From: Octopus bimaculoides
Taxonomy: Eukaryota
DNA: 64,000 nt
NCBI RefSeq assembly: GCF_001194135.2
Contig: NC_068988.1
Location: 36,316,894 to 36,380,893, forward strand
Direction: 5' to 3'
A program made the translations under genes and the position numbers. The notes below the pieces were generated by a model, which was not told where the DNA came from, ran no database searches, and saw only the letters and a list, made by a program, of their open reading frames with translations. Shown in pieces: positions 63,962 through 64,000 of this stretch. Numbering within the stretch: the stretch's first letter is position 1; each line of letters starts with the position of its first letter.

Positions 63962-64000
<39 letters not shown>

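Larger units (their letters stand above)
32540..64000. repeat. Further simple repeats: (GT)n 32540-32604; TA/GT ~46838-47290; (CA)n ~51208-51270; (CT)n ~53406-53490; (TACA)(CA)(TA) 57549-57652; (GT)n ~59686-59760; (TA)n 63962-64000
   Basis: Direct observation. Confidence 0.9.

Overview
AT-rich, microsatellite-dense eukaryotic scaffold with nine N-gaps. It is very probably an Octopus (coleoid cephalopod) short-read assembly, inferred from several copies of the octopus tRNA-derived SINE architecture (tRNA-like head, internal CA/TA microsatellite, tail ending ...GCAGTCAAATGACTGAAAC...). I can support no intact cellular protein-coding gene, rRNA, tRNA or CRISPR array; the window looks intronic or intergenic. 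Most of it is decayed mobile DNA: Penelope-like elements (PLE; RT and GIY-YIG fragments), R4/Dong non-LTR elements next to (AAT)n tracts, RTE-group LINE pieces, a Tx1/L1-like ORF1-only element, a pogo/Tigger transposon, several mariners and two DD37D (maT) elements. The most interesting signals are: (1) a set of type I hammerhead-ribozyme motifs tied to PLE termini, two with an intact core and a greatly expanded stem II; (2) a 1.65-kb fold-back mariner made of two 3' halves joined head-to-head; (3) a Dong / perfect hairpin / inverted-PLE junction suggesting template switching; (4) a structured RTE 5' leader that starts at the same base in two copies and partly fits an HDV-like fold; (5) one 37-nt exon candidate. 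Two assembly artefacts are present: an Illumina adapter remnant and an exact duplication across a gap. All family assignments come from motif recognition by eye, not database searches, and element boundaries are approximate.
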